Below are positions 56,437 through 64,000 of a stretch of 64,000 bases of DNA, piece by piece (the stretch's first letter is position 1; each line of letters opens with the position of its first letter). This DNA is from an uncultured virus (IMG/VR IMGVR_UViG_3300049982_000206) (Duplodnaviria > Heunggongvirae > Uroviricota > Caudoviricetes). The stretch lies in the IMG/VR virus record IMGVR_UViG_3300049982_000206; one strand, given 5' to 3'. The notes under the pieces are model-generated. The model was given only the letters and a program-made list of their open reading frames with translations, was not told where the DNA came from and made no database searches. The translations under genes and the position numbers were made by a program.

Positions 56437-56469
56437 GGCAGTCAGACCCCTGCTGAGAGGACCCCCTCA

Positions 56470-56838
56470 ATGACCGAGACACCGCCGACCGCCGCCGGAG
56501 AGGACCAAGAGAAGGCTGGGGGGTGGCAGGGCTACCTTCCGAAGTTGCCTTCCGGCTGGCGCTATGAGGTCAGGCTGGTCTCTTCCGACGGCCACATCAC
56601 AGTGGCATCCAGACCGGCGCATCCTGACGAATGGCGCACCTCGATATCCGACACTCCGGCGGCCGGCAAGATGCGCGATGTCGTCTCGGCCAGCTTCAAG
56701 GCGGCGATCGCACTCGCGGTTGGTGCCGCCAAATCGCTGTCGAAGATCAGTGCCAAGGAGCGGGAACTGGCGAGCGAGCGTGCAGACCTTTTGGATGCGC
56801 TCGGCTCTGAGCCCACGCCGCCCGAAGTCGTCGGATGA
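56470..56838 (+). CDS. hypothetical protein
   Basis: GAGG RBS. Confidence 0.65.
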   Translation: MTETPPTAAGEDQEKAGGWQGYLPKLPSGWRYEVRLVSSDGHITVASRPAHPDEWRTSISDTPAAGKMRDVVSASFKAAIALAVGAAKSLSKISAKERELASERADLLDALGSEPTPPEVVG

Positions 56839-56954
56839 TCAGCATGGTGGTGTACGCCGTACTCGCCGGATTCCTGGCGGGCGTCACCACCATGCTCGCG
56901 ATCCGCGTTCGGCCGAGCCGCAGCGGCGCTCTCCAATCTGTCGCCGCTGCCCTC

Positions 56955-57012
56955 TTGCTCATTGACGGTAAGGGTGTGTACGCTCGAATAAGTCGGATAG
57001 AGCAACCCGACT
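56955..57012 (+). promoter_or_regulatory. class I unit (10-nt loop variant)
   Basis: TTGCTC-18-TACGCT; AGTCGG-ATAGAGCAAC-CCGACT. Confidence 0.8.
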
Positions 57013-57132
57013 CAACAGGAGACAGATTCAACCCACCAGACCTGTAGGCAGCGCTACCCCATATGCACGCCGGGGTGGCGGCCGGAACCTTCGACGCCGC
57101 CGCCACTCCGGCGCTCCAACAGGAGCCCCAAA

Positions 57133-58416
57133 GTGCAAGGGCCACTGCGGTCAGTGGGCAAACCCGGAGGACATGCTATGCCGCGACTCGCACCAGATGA
57201 CCCGCGCCTGACTGCGCCGGACTTCCCCCACGCAACCAACCTCGGCTACAGCCGCGGCTGCTCCTGCGATGCATGCCGAGCGGCACACGCCCAGCATCGG
57301 TGGGAACAGCGCCGCGGCGTTCCGCGGCCAGCGTCAGTCCTACATTCCGTGTCTACGGCAGAGGCTCGTCGGCATGTCGAGCAGCTTCTGGGACACGTTG
57401 GCGTACGGCGATCTGCGATCGCTCGGGCTGCAGGCGTCTCTCAGCAGGCGGTTCTCAACATCATGCGGAAGCCAACGGTCTATTCGGCCACCGTCGAGGC
57501 TGTGCTCGCGGTGACCCTAAACGACGTGGCTTCGAACCAGCGCCTTGTCGATGCGCGCCCAGCCATGCTGCACATCCACTACCTGTTGCAAGGAGAGGAC
57601 TCGTCGTACGCGGCCATTGCGGCGGCAGCCGGCCTCACACTTGACGCCGTAGAACTGATTGCTGAGAGCAAACGAGTCACGATCTCACGTACAACTGACG
57701 AAGCTCTGCGGCGCCTGAACCACCGTGTCGTACGGCGCAACGCCGCGACCGTTTCATCCCACCGAACCATCACGAGACTGCGGGCGCTACAGGCCAACCG
57801 CTGGACCATCGCGGCGCTGACTGAACTCACTGGTCTCGCCGTCCCCAACATCCTGCGCGACAACCGCCCGTACGTTACGCAGGAAACCGAGCGGATCGTT
57901 GAGAAGCTGTACGACGTGATCGGCGACCGGCCGGGGAACTCCGTTAGCTCAGCTGAACTGGCAAAGCAACTCGGGTACCACGAGCCGATCCACTACGACG
58001 AGAACATGAACCTCATCCCCGGCAGCGTCCCGGACCACCGTTGGTCGCCGAGCAGCTCACCAGAGGATCGTGCACGCGACAAGCTGAGGATGCTCGGCCT
58101 GACCCTCCGCGAGCTGCCCAGTCAGGAGATCGCCAACAGGCTCAACGTGTCGAAGAAGACCGTGGACCGAGCCCGCAGCGAGATCGGGATCCGTCTCGAC
58201 CCAAACGCCTTGGACTCTGTCCTGCTGCCGTTCATCCGGCCAGGACAAGACGCCATCGTCGAGCTGATCCTGCGGCACACCTCAGGCATCGAACTGAGCG
58301 AGAACATCTCAGTGCTCGACGACGACGGCCTGGACTACGTCACGCTATGGGACTCACTACGGTCCAGCGCCCGGCGGCTCTGCGCTGCACCCGTGCGTGA
58401 CCTCGCGGTCGCGTAG
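57133..58416 (+). CDS. multi-HTH regulatory protein with N-terminal H..Y..GCxCxxC motif (start 57133 or 57178)
   Basis: four HTH-like segments (IARAAGVSQQAV, IAAAAGLT, IAALTELTGL, EIANRLNVSKKTVDR). Confidence 0.75.
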   Translation: MQGPLRSVGKPGGHAMPRLAPDDPRLTAPDFPHATNLGYSRGCSCDACRAAHAQHRWEQRRGVPRPASVLHSVSTAEARRHVEQLLGHVGVRRSAIARAAGVSQQAVLNIMRKPTVYSATVEAVLAVTLNDVASNQRLVDARPAMLHIHYLLQGEDSSYAAIAAAAGLTLDAVELIAESKRVTISRTTDEALRRLNHRVVRRNAATVSSHRTITRLRALQANRWTIAALTELTGLAVPNILRDNRPYVTQETERIVEKLYDVIGDRPGNSVSSAELAKQLGYHEPIHYDENMNLIPGSVPDHRWSPSSSPEDRARDKLRMLGLTLRELPSQEIANRLNVSKKTVDRARSEIGIRLDPNALDSVLLPFIRPGQDAIVELILRHTSGIELSENISVLDDDGLDYVTLWDSLRSSARRLCAAPVRDLAVA

Positions 58417-58455
58417 GACAGGACGCTAAGCGCATGCACTCCCTACGGTGGCCAG

Positions 58456-58848
58456 ATGATCGCACTGGTGATCGACGCGCTCGCCCCAGTTCAGGCCGGG
58501 CCGCCCTTCAACGGCGAACGAGTGTTGGAGAACACCGTCCGCCTCATCACCATGATCGTCGGCGTACCGATCTCGTTGGTCTGCATCAAGTTCGGGATCA
58601 AAGCGCTGCGGAAGAGGCAACTCGACCGCGCCTGGGGAACGCTCTCGTACGCCCTGGCGATCCTCGTACCGGCCGCTGGCCGTGCGATGAGCTTCGGGCA
58701 ACCCATCAACTGGGTTACGACCGCGCTCTACGCAGCAAGCCTCACGGCCGGCGGAATCGCCCTGTACTACCGGGCCCGCTGGGAAGCGTGGTGGACACGA
58801 AGCCGCCCCGCGAAGCAGGAGGAGCAGCCACGTGATGCCGATGAGTGA
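58456..58848 (+). CDS. three-TM membrane protein (holin candidate), leaderless
   Basis: TACGGT-N6-ATG with weak class II motif 58415-58449. Confidence 0.6.
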   Translation: MIALVIDALAPVQAGPPFNGERVLENTVRLITMIVGVPISLVCIKFGIKALRKRQLDRAWGTLSYALAILVPAAGRAMSFGQPINWVTTALYAASLTAGGIALYYRARWEAWWTRSRPAKQEEQPRDADE

Positions 58849-59176
58849 ACCGTTCACCGACCACCTCGCACTCGACATCGTCCGCTGCGTCACGATCGCC
58901 GCTGCCTGGTGGCTGTGTGCCCTGATCGTGAAGCTCACCTACCAGCGGTGGCAGACCCGTAGCACCGACCCGGACCGGTACCGGCGGACGCACCCGGCCA
59001 CGATGGCTTCGTACGCCGTCGCGTTGTTCTTCATCGGCGTACGACGGGCAGACAACCTCGGCGACCCGTGGTCCTGGTACCTGTTGCCCAGCATCGTCAT
59101 CCTCGTCCTGGGCTTCATCGGTGTCCTGCGGCGCATCCGCGTGCCGCTGACGCCGCCCTGGAGACGTGCCCGATGA
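58841..59176 (+). CDS. three-TM membrane protein (holin candidate)
   Basis: coupled; same layout as upstream ORF (R..T.., SYA.A, G.P..W). Confidence 0.6.
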   Translation: MSEPFTDHLALDIVRCVTIAAAWWLCALIVKLTYQRWQTRSTDPDRYRRTHPATMASYAVALFFIGVRRADNLGDPWSWYLLPSIVILVLGFIGVLRRIRVPLTPPWRRAR

Positions 59177-59625
59177 AGTGCGTCACCTGCGGCGCCGAGG
59201 TCGAACGGATGACGTGCACGATCGACCCCCGGCGAGCTGCGCTGGCGTTCATCGCGAACTGCGGGCACGAGATGACCGTCGAAGAGGCGCGCACCGCGTG
59301 GCGCCTCAACATCTTCCCGGCCAACGCCGTACCCGTGGTCAACGGCGCGACGCTGATCGGCGCCGAGCGCGAGCGGCACGCCGCCGAAGAAGGCCACACC
59401 CCCGAGAGTGATGCCGAGTTCACCGGCGCGCAGCTGGCCTGGGCCGCCTGGTGCCTCCTCGACCGAGCCGCCGCCACCAACCCGACCGAGCAGGCCCCTG
59501 CAGTGTGGCCGCTCCCCCGCGACCGCTGGCCGGCCGACAAGAGCGCTACCCGCCTCCTCATCATCGCTGGCTCCCTCATCGCCGCCGAGATCGATCGGCG
59601 TCTAGCCGCTGGAGAGACCCCATGA
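59173..59625 (+). CDS. conserved phage protein
   Basis: 'I.AER.R...EG.TPE.D..LA.AA..WP..W..R.L..AG.LI.AEIDR'. Confidence 0.7.
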   Translation: MKCVTCGAEVERMTCTIDPRRAALAFIANCGHEMTVEEARTAWRLNIFPANAVPVVNGATLIGAERERHAAEEGHTPESDAEFTGAQLAWAAWCLLDRAAATNPTEQAPAVWPLPRDRWPADKSATRLLIIAGSLIAAEIDRRLAAGETP

Positions 59626-60089
59626 CCCACGTCGACACCGCCTCGATGTCAGACCCGCTACTCCTGCAGCGCGTACGTGCCGCCGCACAGCCTGACCGGA
59701 CCCTCGCCGCGGCGTTGCACGACAGCACTGCCGTGCTCGGGATCCAGCTGAACTGGCACGAGGCAGACGTTCTCGCCGAGGCGGTCCGCGGCCACCATGA
59801 CAAGGAGGTCCGTGTCTGGCGTGTCGTCGACCCGGCGATCGGACTGAGCAGAATCCGGGAGATGGGCGTGCAGGAAGACATGCTGGACGAGCTGCTACGC
59901 GACGCGCACAAGGCCGGGATGGCGCTGGTTGCGGTGCCGGTCGAAACGCAGTACACGGTCGGGAGCCTTCGCTCGGCAGGTTCCCTCGCCGAGAAGAAGC
60001 TCGGACTCCACCTGATGTCCATGTATCCAGACCGGTACGACGTCGTACTGCTGACCGGCAAGCTCCGGTCGTTCGCCAAGGCCACCTGA
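59622..60089 (+). CDS. hypothetical protein
   Basis: ATGA overlap. Confidence 0.65.
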   Translation: MTHVDTASMSDPLLLQRVRAAAQPDRTLAAALHDSTAVLGIQLNWHEADVLAEAVRGHHDKEVRVWRVVDPAIGLSRIREMGVQEDMLDELLRDAHKAGMALVAVPVETQYTVGSLRSAGSLAEKKLGLHLMSMYPDRYDVVLLTGKLRSFAKAT

Positions 60090-60847
60090 TGCTCACGGGC
60101 GCCCTGCTAGGAGCCTTGCTGCTGGTCGCTGAGGCCATCTGGCATATCCGGCGGAAGAAGCGCCGGCGCGTGGCTCTCCGGCCACCAGTCGACCTGCGCC
60201 GGTTGGAAGAAGCCGCCGCCGTACCGCTGGAAGAGATCGTCGCAGCTGCTGAGCACTGGGCCGAGCATCCATCCGATCCGGAACCTGCCGTACTGCGGAA
60301 CTTGCTGCCGGAGGCATGGGAGCCACCTCGCCCGATGACCCGGAAAGCCCTGCTGACCCCGCCGCCTGACATCCAGACCGCGCGGGTCCCGGATGGCTGG
60401 ATCACCCTTCCCAGGAACGCGCCTGCCGAGCGGATCGATATCCACTGTGGCAACTCAATCATCCTGGCTGACGAGGGCATGACCTGGCAGCCATTGCCCG
60501 CCGCGGTCACGCCTCAAGATCTGTACGCCAAGTGCAACCACGCCGTCGCCGATCGCGAAGAGATCCAGACGCACGGCGCATCCGCGTCAGTCAGGTCGAT
60601 CGTGACGTACTGCACTTCGTGCGTTGTCATCGCACGTGGCAGGAATCGGCTGGCCGAGATTATCGGCCAGGTCGACCAGATCACCGCCGACAACACGAAA
60701 CCGAACGGCGAAACGGACTTCACCGAAGACCTCGTGCGGCACCTTCAACGCCTGCTCGGCGAGTACGACCGGATCACGAGCACCCTCGACCGCCTGACTA
60801 ATCCGTACCGGCCCGCCTGGGCCACCCTAGAAAGGCACCATCAGTGA
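60089..60847 (+). CDS. membrane-anchored hypothetical protein
   Basis: N-terminal TM, TGATG coupling. Confidence 0.6.
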   Translation: MLTGALLGALLLVAEAIWHIRRKKRRRVALRPPVDLRRLEEAAAVPLEEIVAAAEHWAEHPSDPEPAVLRNLLPEAWEPPRPMTRKALLTPPPDIQTARVPDGWITLPRNAPAERIDIHCGNSIILADEGMTWQPLPAAVTPQDLYAKCNHAVADREEIQTHGASASVRSIVTYCTSCVVIARGRNRLAEIIGQVDQITADNTKPNGETDFTEDLVRHLQRLLGEYDRITSTLDRLTNPYRPAWATLERHHQ

Positions 60848-61065
60848 GCCAGTGGAAGAAGGACGACCGCGTCGTTCTGGCTAGCCGGCCGGAGTTCGTC
60901 GGCACCTGCATCGAGAGCGAGCGCCGCGGGTCCGTCGAGGTCGCGTTCGATGGCGGCGGCAAGGGCCGCTTCCTGAGCGATGACCTGCAACGAGTTGAAG
61001 ATGCTCCCCTCACGGACAAGACGTGGCCACCGGGGAGCCTTGAAACCAAGGCCTTAGCTCCATGA
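60844..61065 (+). CDS. small SH3-like protein
   Basis: 'DRV..GT..V.V.FD..L..V'. Confidence 0.55.
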   Translation: MSQWKKDDRVVLASRPEFVGTCIESERRGSVEVAFDGGGKGRFLSDDLQRVEDAPLTDKTWPPGSLETKALAP

Positions 61066-61382
61066 CGTACTACACCCATCAAGCGATCGAGGCCGTCGCC
61101 GAGCCAGGCGACAAGAGCCGTGAATGCCGCGTGTGCGGGGTAGCTGTGACTGGCGTCGGCGACACACTCACCCACTGCGATGAGCAGATCCGCACGATCG
61201 CCGTCGACCGCGAGTACCTGTCGGCGGTGCGCCAAGCTGCTGAGGCCGCTGAGCAGGCGCTGTCCCAGATCACGATCCGTGCTACGGAAGCTGAGCGGGC
61301 CCGGGCGGTCGCCGTGGCCATCTATTCGGCTGGTCTGCTGCGGCAGAGGGCAGTGAGGCCGCGGGCCCAATCCAGTCGTTAA
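61062..61382 (+). CDS. hypothetical protein
   Basis: ATGA overlap; CRVCG. Confidence 0.6.
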   Translation: MTYYTHQAIEAVAEPGDKSRECRVCGVAVTGVGDTLTHCDEQIRTIAVDREYLSAVRQAAEAAEQALSQITIRATEAERARAVAVAIYSAGLLRQRAVRPRAQSSR

Positions 61383-61456
61383 GGGTGTGTACTTTCGCAG
61401 TAAGGGTGTGTACGCTGAAGCTCAACGCGACGCTAACTACATCCCTGTAGCACGGT
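61378..61456 (+). promoter_or_regulatory. tandem class I boxes followed by class II promoter
   Basis: GTTAAGGGTGTGTACTTT + GTAAGGGTGTGTACGCT; TCAACGCGACGCTAAC-N13-CACGGT-N8-ATG. Confidence 0.8.
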
Positions 61457-61464
61457 GAGGCCGG

Positions 61465-61908
61465 ATGAGCACCCGGCCGAACAGGAGACCCGCCTTGACG
61501 ATGCAAAAGCACACCTTCGACGACGACGGCAACGGGTACTGCGACACGTGCCCGCTGCCGCATAAGAACCCCATTCACGACGTCGTACGACCGGCGGTCA
61601 ACGAGCCGGCGCCGATCATCACCGTGAACCAGACCGCCACCTCGCAGGCCGCTGGTGAGGCCGCCCGGATCCGCTCCGGATCGCTGCGCGAAGCGGCGTA
61701 CCGGTTCATCGCAAGCCGCCCAGGCGGAGCGACCACAGAAGAGGTCGAGATCGCCCTGGAGCGGTCGCACCAGTCGGTGTCGTCCGCAATCAACTCCCTG
61801 ACCGCGCACGGGCACCTGACGGCGCTCGTTCGCAATGGCGCCGAGGTGCAGCGCGCTACCCGCTCTGGCCGCTCCGCCACCGTCTACGTCATCAGGCGGG
61901 CCGCATGA
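61465..61908 (+). CDS. winged-helix protein
   Basis: 'GATTEEVEIALERSHQSVSSAINSL..G..R.TRSGR.A.VY'. Confidence 0.75.
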   Translation: MSTRPNRRPALTMQKHTFDDDGNGYCDTCPLPHKNPIHDVVRPAVNEPAPIITVNQTATSQAAGEAARIRSGSLREAAYRFIASRPGGATTEEVEIALERSHQSVSSAINSLTAHGHLTALVRNGAEVQRATRSGRSATVYVIRRAA

Positions 61909-62174
61909 CGCGCGAGGAACTGCTCACGCTGCTGCTGGCCGAGGGCACCCAGCCCGGTCCGCTGCCGGGCGTCCCGTACGACTCCCCCACGGACCAGAAG
62001 GCACGGCGTGAAGCGCTGCTCTCTGACCTGCGCGCAGTCGACAAGTACAACTCCGGTCAACCGCGCCCACCCGCCGTACCGAGAATCGTCCGACGCGCCC
62101 AGTGTGCGAACTGCGGCTCACCGAACCTGGTCGCGGTACGCCCCCAGCCTCGCCGGCCGGAGGTGGCGGCATGA
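61905..62174 (+). CDS. hypothetical protein
   Basis: ATGA overlap. Confidence 0.6.
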   Translation: MTREELLTLLLAEGTQPGPLPGVPYDSPTDQKARREALLSDLRAVDKYNSGQPRPPAVPRIVRRAQCANCGSPNLVAVRPQPRRPEVAA

Positions 62175-62575
62175 CTCCCGAGCGAGCATTGACGGTCCGG
62201 CAACCGTGGGCATCCCTGATCATCACCGGCAACAAACTGATCGAGAACCGAGTGTGGGACACACGGTGGCGAGGCACGTTCGCCGTCCACGCTGGCAAGG
62301 CGGTCGACAAGCACGACGTCGACGCACTCGCCGACGAGTTCGGGCTCACGCCGCCCCACCCGACGGGCTACCTCGGGCTCGTCGACCTCGTCGATGTCCA
62401 CTTCGCCGACTTGCACTGCTGCGGTGTCTGGGCCCTACCCGACGTCTACCACTGGCGCCTGGAGAATCCCCGCCCATTCCCTCAGCCAATCCCCGGTCTC
62501 GGCCGCCTCGGGCTGTACACCTGCCCACCAGCCGTTAGGGACGCCATCGCAACAACCCTCCGGGAGTCAGCGTGA
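62171..62575 (+). CDS. ASCH-domain protein
   Basis: 'ALTVRQPWASLI..G.K.IENR.W.T.WRG..AVHAG..G.LGL'. Confidence 0.9.
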   Translation: MTPERALTVRQPWASLIITGNKLIENRVWDTRWRGTFAVHAGKAVDKHDVDALADEFGLTPPHPTGYLGLVDLVDVHFADLHCCGVWALPDVYHWRLENPRPFPQPIPGLGRLGLYTCPPAVRDAIATTLRESA

Positions 62576-62874
62576 CCACCGAACCGAACCACCTCACGAC
62601 AGAGCAGATGCTGACGGCTGGGCTCAGTCCACGCCAGCTCGAATACTGGGTCGGCCGCGGATATCTCCGGCCCGAAACTGCCAGCCCGGGCACCGGCTTC
62701 CCTCGCCGCTGGCCGCCGACCGAGCAGCAGATCGCGCACCTCATGGTCCGGCTCACTCACGCAGGTCTCATCCCCGGTGTCGCGGCTTCGGCTGCCCGGG
62801 TCGCGATCGAACACGGCCTGACCGAGATCGTCCTATCGGACGGCATCGTCGTCGGCGTACGGGACGCCGCATGA
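62572..62874 (+). CDS. MerR-like HTH protein
   Basis: 'GLSPRQLEYWVGRGYLRP..GTG..RRW..L..AG'. Confidence 0.75.
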   Translation: MTTEPNHLTTEQMLTAGLSPRQLEYWVGRGYLRPETASPGTGFPRRWPPTEQQIAHLMVRLTHAGLIPGVAASAARVAIEHGLTEIVLSDGIVVGVRDAA

Positions 62875-63437
62875 CCGACGCCCTATTCCCGCTCGGCGAC
62901 CTCGGGGCCGAGACGCTGTCGAGCGCAAGACTGTCTCCCTGCGGCACCTACCGCTACACCCTCGACCGGGTCTGGGACCGGCGGCGCCGCGCAGCAGTCT
63001 TCCTGATGCTGAACCCGTCGACCGCCGATGCCAGCGAGAACGACCCGACCATCCGCCGCTGCATCGGGTTCGCGAAGCGCAACGGGTACGGCGGGATCAC
63101 CGTGGTGAACCTGTTCGCACTCCGCGCCACCAAACCGGCCGCGCTCGCTCTGCACCCGGATCCGGTTGGTCCGGACAACGATATGTGGATCCAGTCGGTG
63201 CTGTTCAAGCAGCCTGCCGCCGTGATCGCCGCATGGGGCGCGTACCCACCCGCCGCCGGCCGTGGAATGGCGGATCGGGCTACTGAGCGCGTCGCCGCAG
63301 TACTGCGGCTGGTCGCCATCTACGGCGTTCCGCTCAAATGCCTCGGCACCACCAAAGACGGCCAACCGCGGCACCCGCTGTACCTGGCCGGCAGTACACC
63401 CCTGACCGATTACCGGCCCCCGGAGGTCGCAGCATGA
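62871..63437 (+). CDS. DUF1643 protein
   Basis: 'YRY.L.R.W..MLNPSTAD..DPT.RRC..NLFA.RAT.P..AWG..PRHPLY'. Confidence 0.92.
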   Translation: MTDALFPLGDLGAETLSSARLSPCGTYRYTLDRVWDRRRRAAVFLMLNPSTADASENDPTIRRCIGFAKRNGYGGITVVNLFALRATKPAALALHPDPVGPDNDMWIQSVLFKQPAAVIAAWGAYPPAAGRGMADRATERVAAVLRLVAIYGVPLKCLGTTKDGQPRHPLYLAGSTPLTDYRPPEVAA

Positions 63438-64000
63438 AGAAGACGTACCCCAGCTTGCTCTTGCTAGTCGTCCTCGCGGTCTGTGCGGGAGGTGTCGCCT
63501 GGTCGCGCAGCGCACCAACTCTGACCCTGCCCGCGCGCGTCGACCTGTCGATCCTGCAACTGCTGGACCACAGCAAGGTCGTCGACAAGCGTCCCGACGT
63601 ACCCGGCTATGACCGTGGCTGCGGATCCGGTGAGGCCTGCGTCTTCGGGCAGGCCTGGGCCGACGTCGACCGCAACGGATGCGACACCCGCAACGACGTG
63701 CTGAAGCAGCAGCTCCAGAAGGAAACGGTCATCACCCGCACCGGAAGCCGCGGATGCGTGGTCATCTCCGGCGACGGCCGCGACCCGTACAGCGGCGGCC
63801 TCATCCGCTACCGCAAAACCAGCGGCGACGGAGACCACGTGGAGATCGACCACGTCTATCCGTTGGCGCTGGCCTGGGACATGGGCGCGAACACCTGGTC
63901 ACAGGAGCGTCGGCGTGAATTCGCGAACGACCAGCTGAACCTCAAGGTCGCGCTGCAGAAGACCAACCGAGCGAAGAGTGACAAGACGCCAGCCGAGTGG
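63434..64000 (+). CDS. secreted DUF1524/HNH endonuclease (runs off window)
   Basis: signal peptide; 'FGQAW.D..NGCDTRNDVL..DPY.G..IDHV.PL..AW..GA..W..R..FAND..NL..N..K.D..P.EW'. Confidence 0.9.
   Translation, partial: MKKTYPSLLLLVVLAVCAGGVAWSRSAPTLTLPARVDLSILQLLDHSKVVDKRPDVPGYDRGCGSGEACVFGQAWADVDRNGCDTRNDVLKQQLQKETVITRTGSRGCVVISGDGRDPYSGGLIRYRKTSGDGDHVEIDHVYPLALAWDMGANTWSQERRREFANDQLNLKVALQKTNRAKSDKTPAEW

Noticed and set aside
5285..57012. Class I repeats as integron attC sites (GTTAAGC fits GTTRRRY; recombinase divergent from a gene array)
   Set aside because: No inverse RYYYAAC core forming a long attC hairpin, several copies lack GTT, and spacing fits -35/-10 geometry. The recombinase insertion (WEWFP) lacks the ALxxKYP integron-integrase signature. 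Not fully excluded as recombination hotspots.
5285..57012. CRISPR array
   Set aside because: Repeats are separated by 0.3-9 kb of genes, not 30-40 nt spacers; no cas genes.
8210..64000. DUF262 + DUF1524 as a split GmrSD restriction system
   Set aside because: 55 kb apart, and the DUF1524 protein has a signal peptide typical of secreted actinobacterial HNH nucleases.

Overview
High-GC actinobacterial phage-like replicon: a large temperate phage, prophage or phage-plasmid. From ~5.3 kb to 64 kb it is a nearly uninterrupted + strand run of short, translationally coupled (ATGA/GTGA overlap) ORFs, mostly hypothetical. A leftward operon (4852->1839) ends in a tyrosine recombinase. Recognisable products are a DUF2637-like membrane protein, stand-alone DUF262 protein, C5 DNA methyltransferase, HerA/FtsK-type ATPase, terminase-small-subunit-like protein, XRE regulator, broken HIT gene, CHAP endolysin plus collagen-like protein, SSB, MmcB-like nuclease, PIG-L deacetylase, ASCH, MerR-like HTH, DUF1643 and a secreted DUF1524/HNH nuclease. 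No capsid, tail or large-terminase gene is visible. The strongest signals are non-coding. (1) A dispersed 'class I' expression cassette: -35 hexamer / conserved TAAG(C/G)G(G/T)GT(G/A) spacer / TACGCT -10, then a hairpin with co-varying stems and a conserved (A/G)NGAGC(A/C)(G/C) loop, then AGGAG and a start codon (16 hairpins, 12 full units). (2) A second, fixed-geometry 'class II' promoter motif (CGCGAC-N19-CANNNT), often leaderless, preceding late-type genes. (3) Two G-U-rich, pseudoknot-capable candidate ncRNAs flanking the terS-like gene, which itself contains an abrupt GC-skew flip. Product calls come from motif recognition by eye; no database searches were run.
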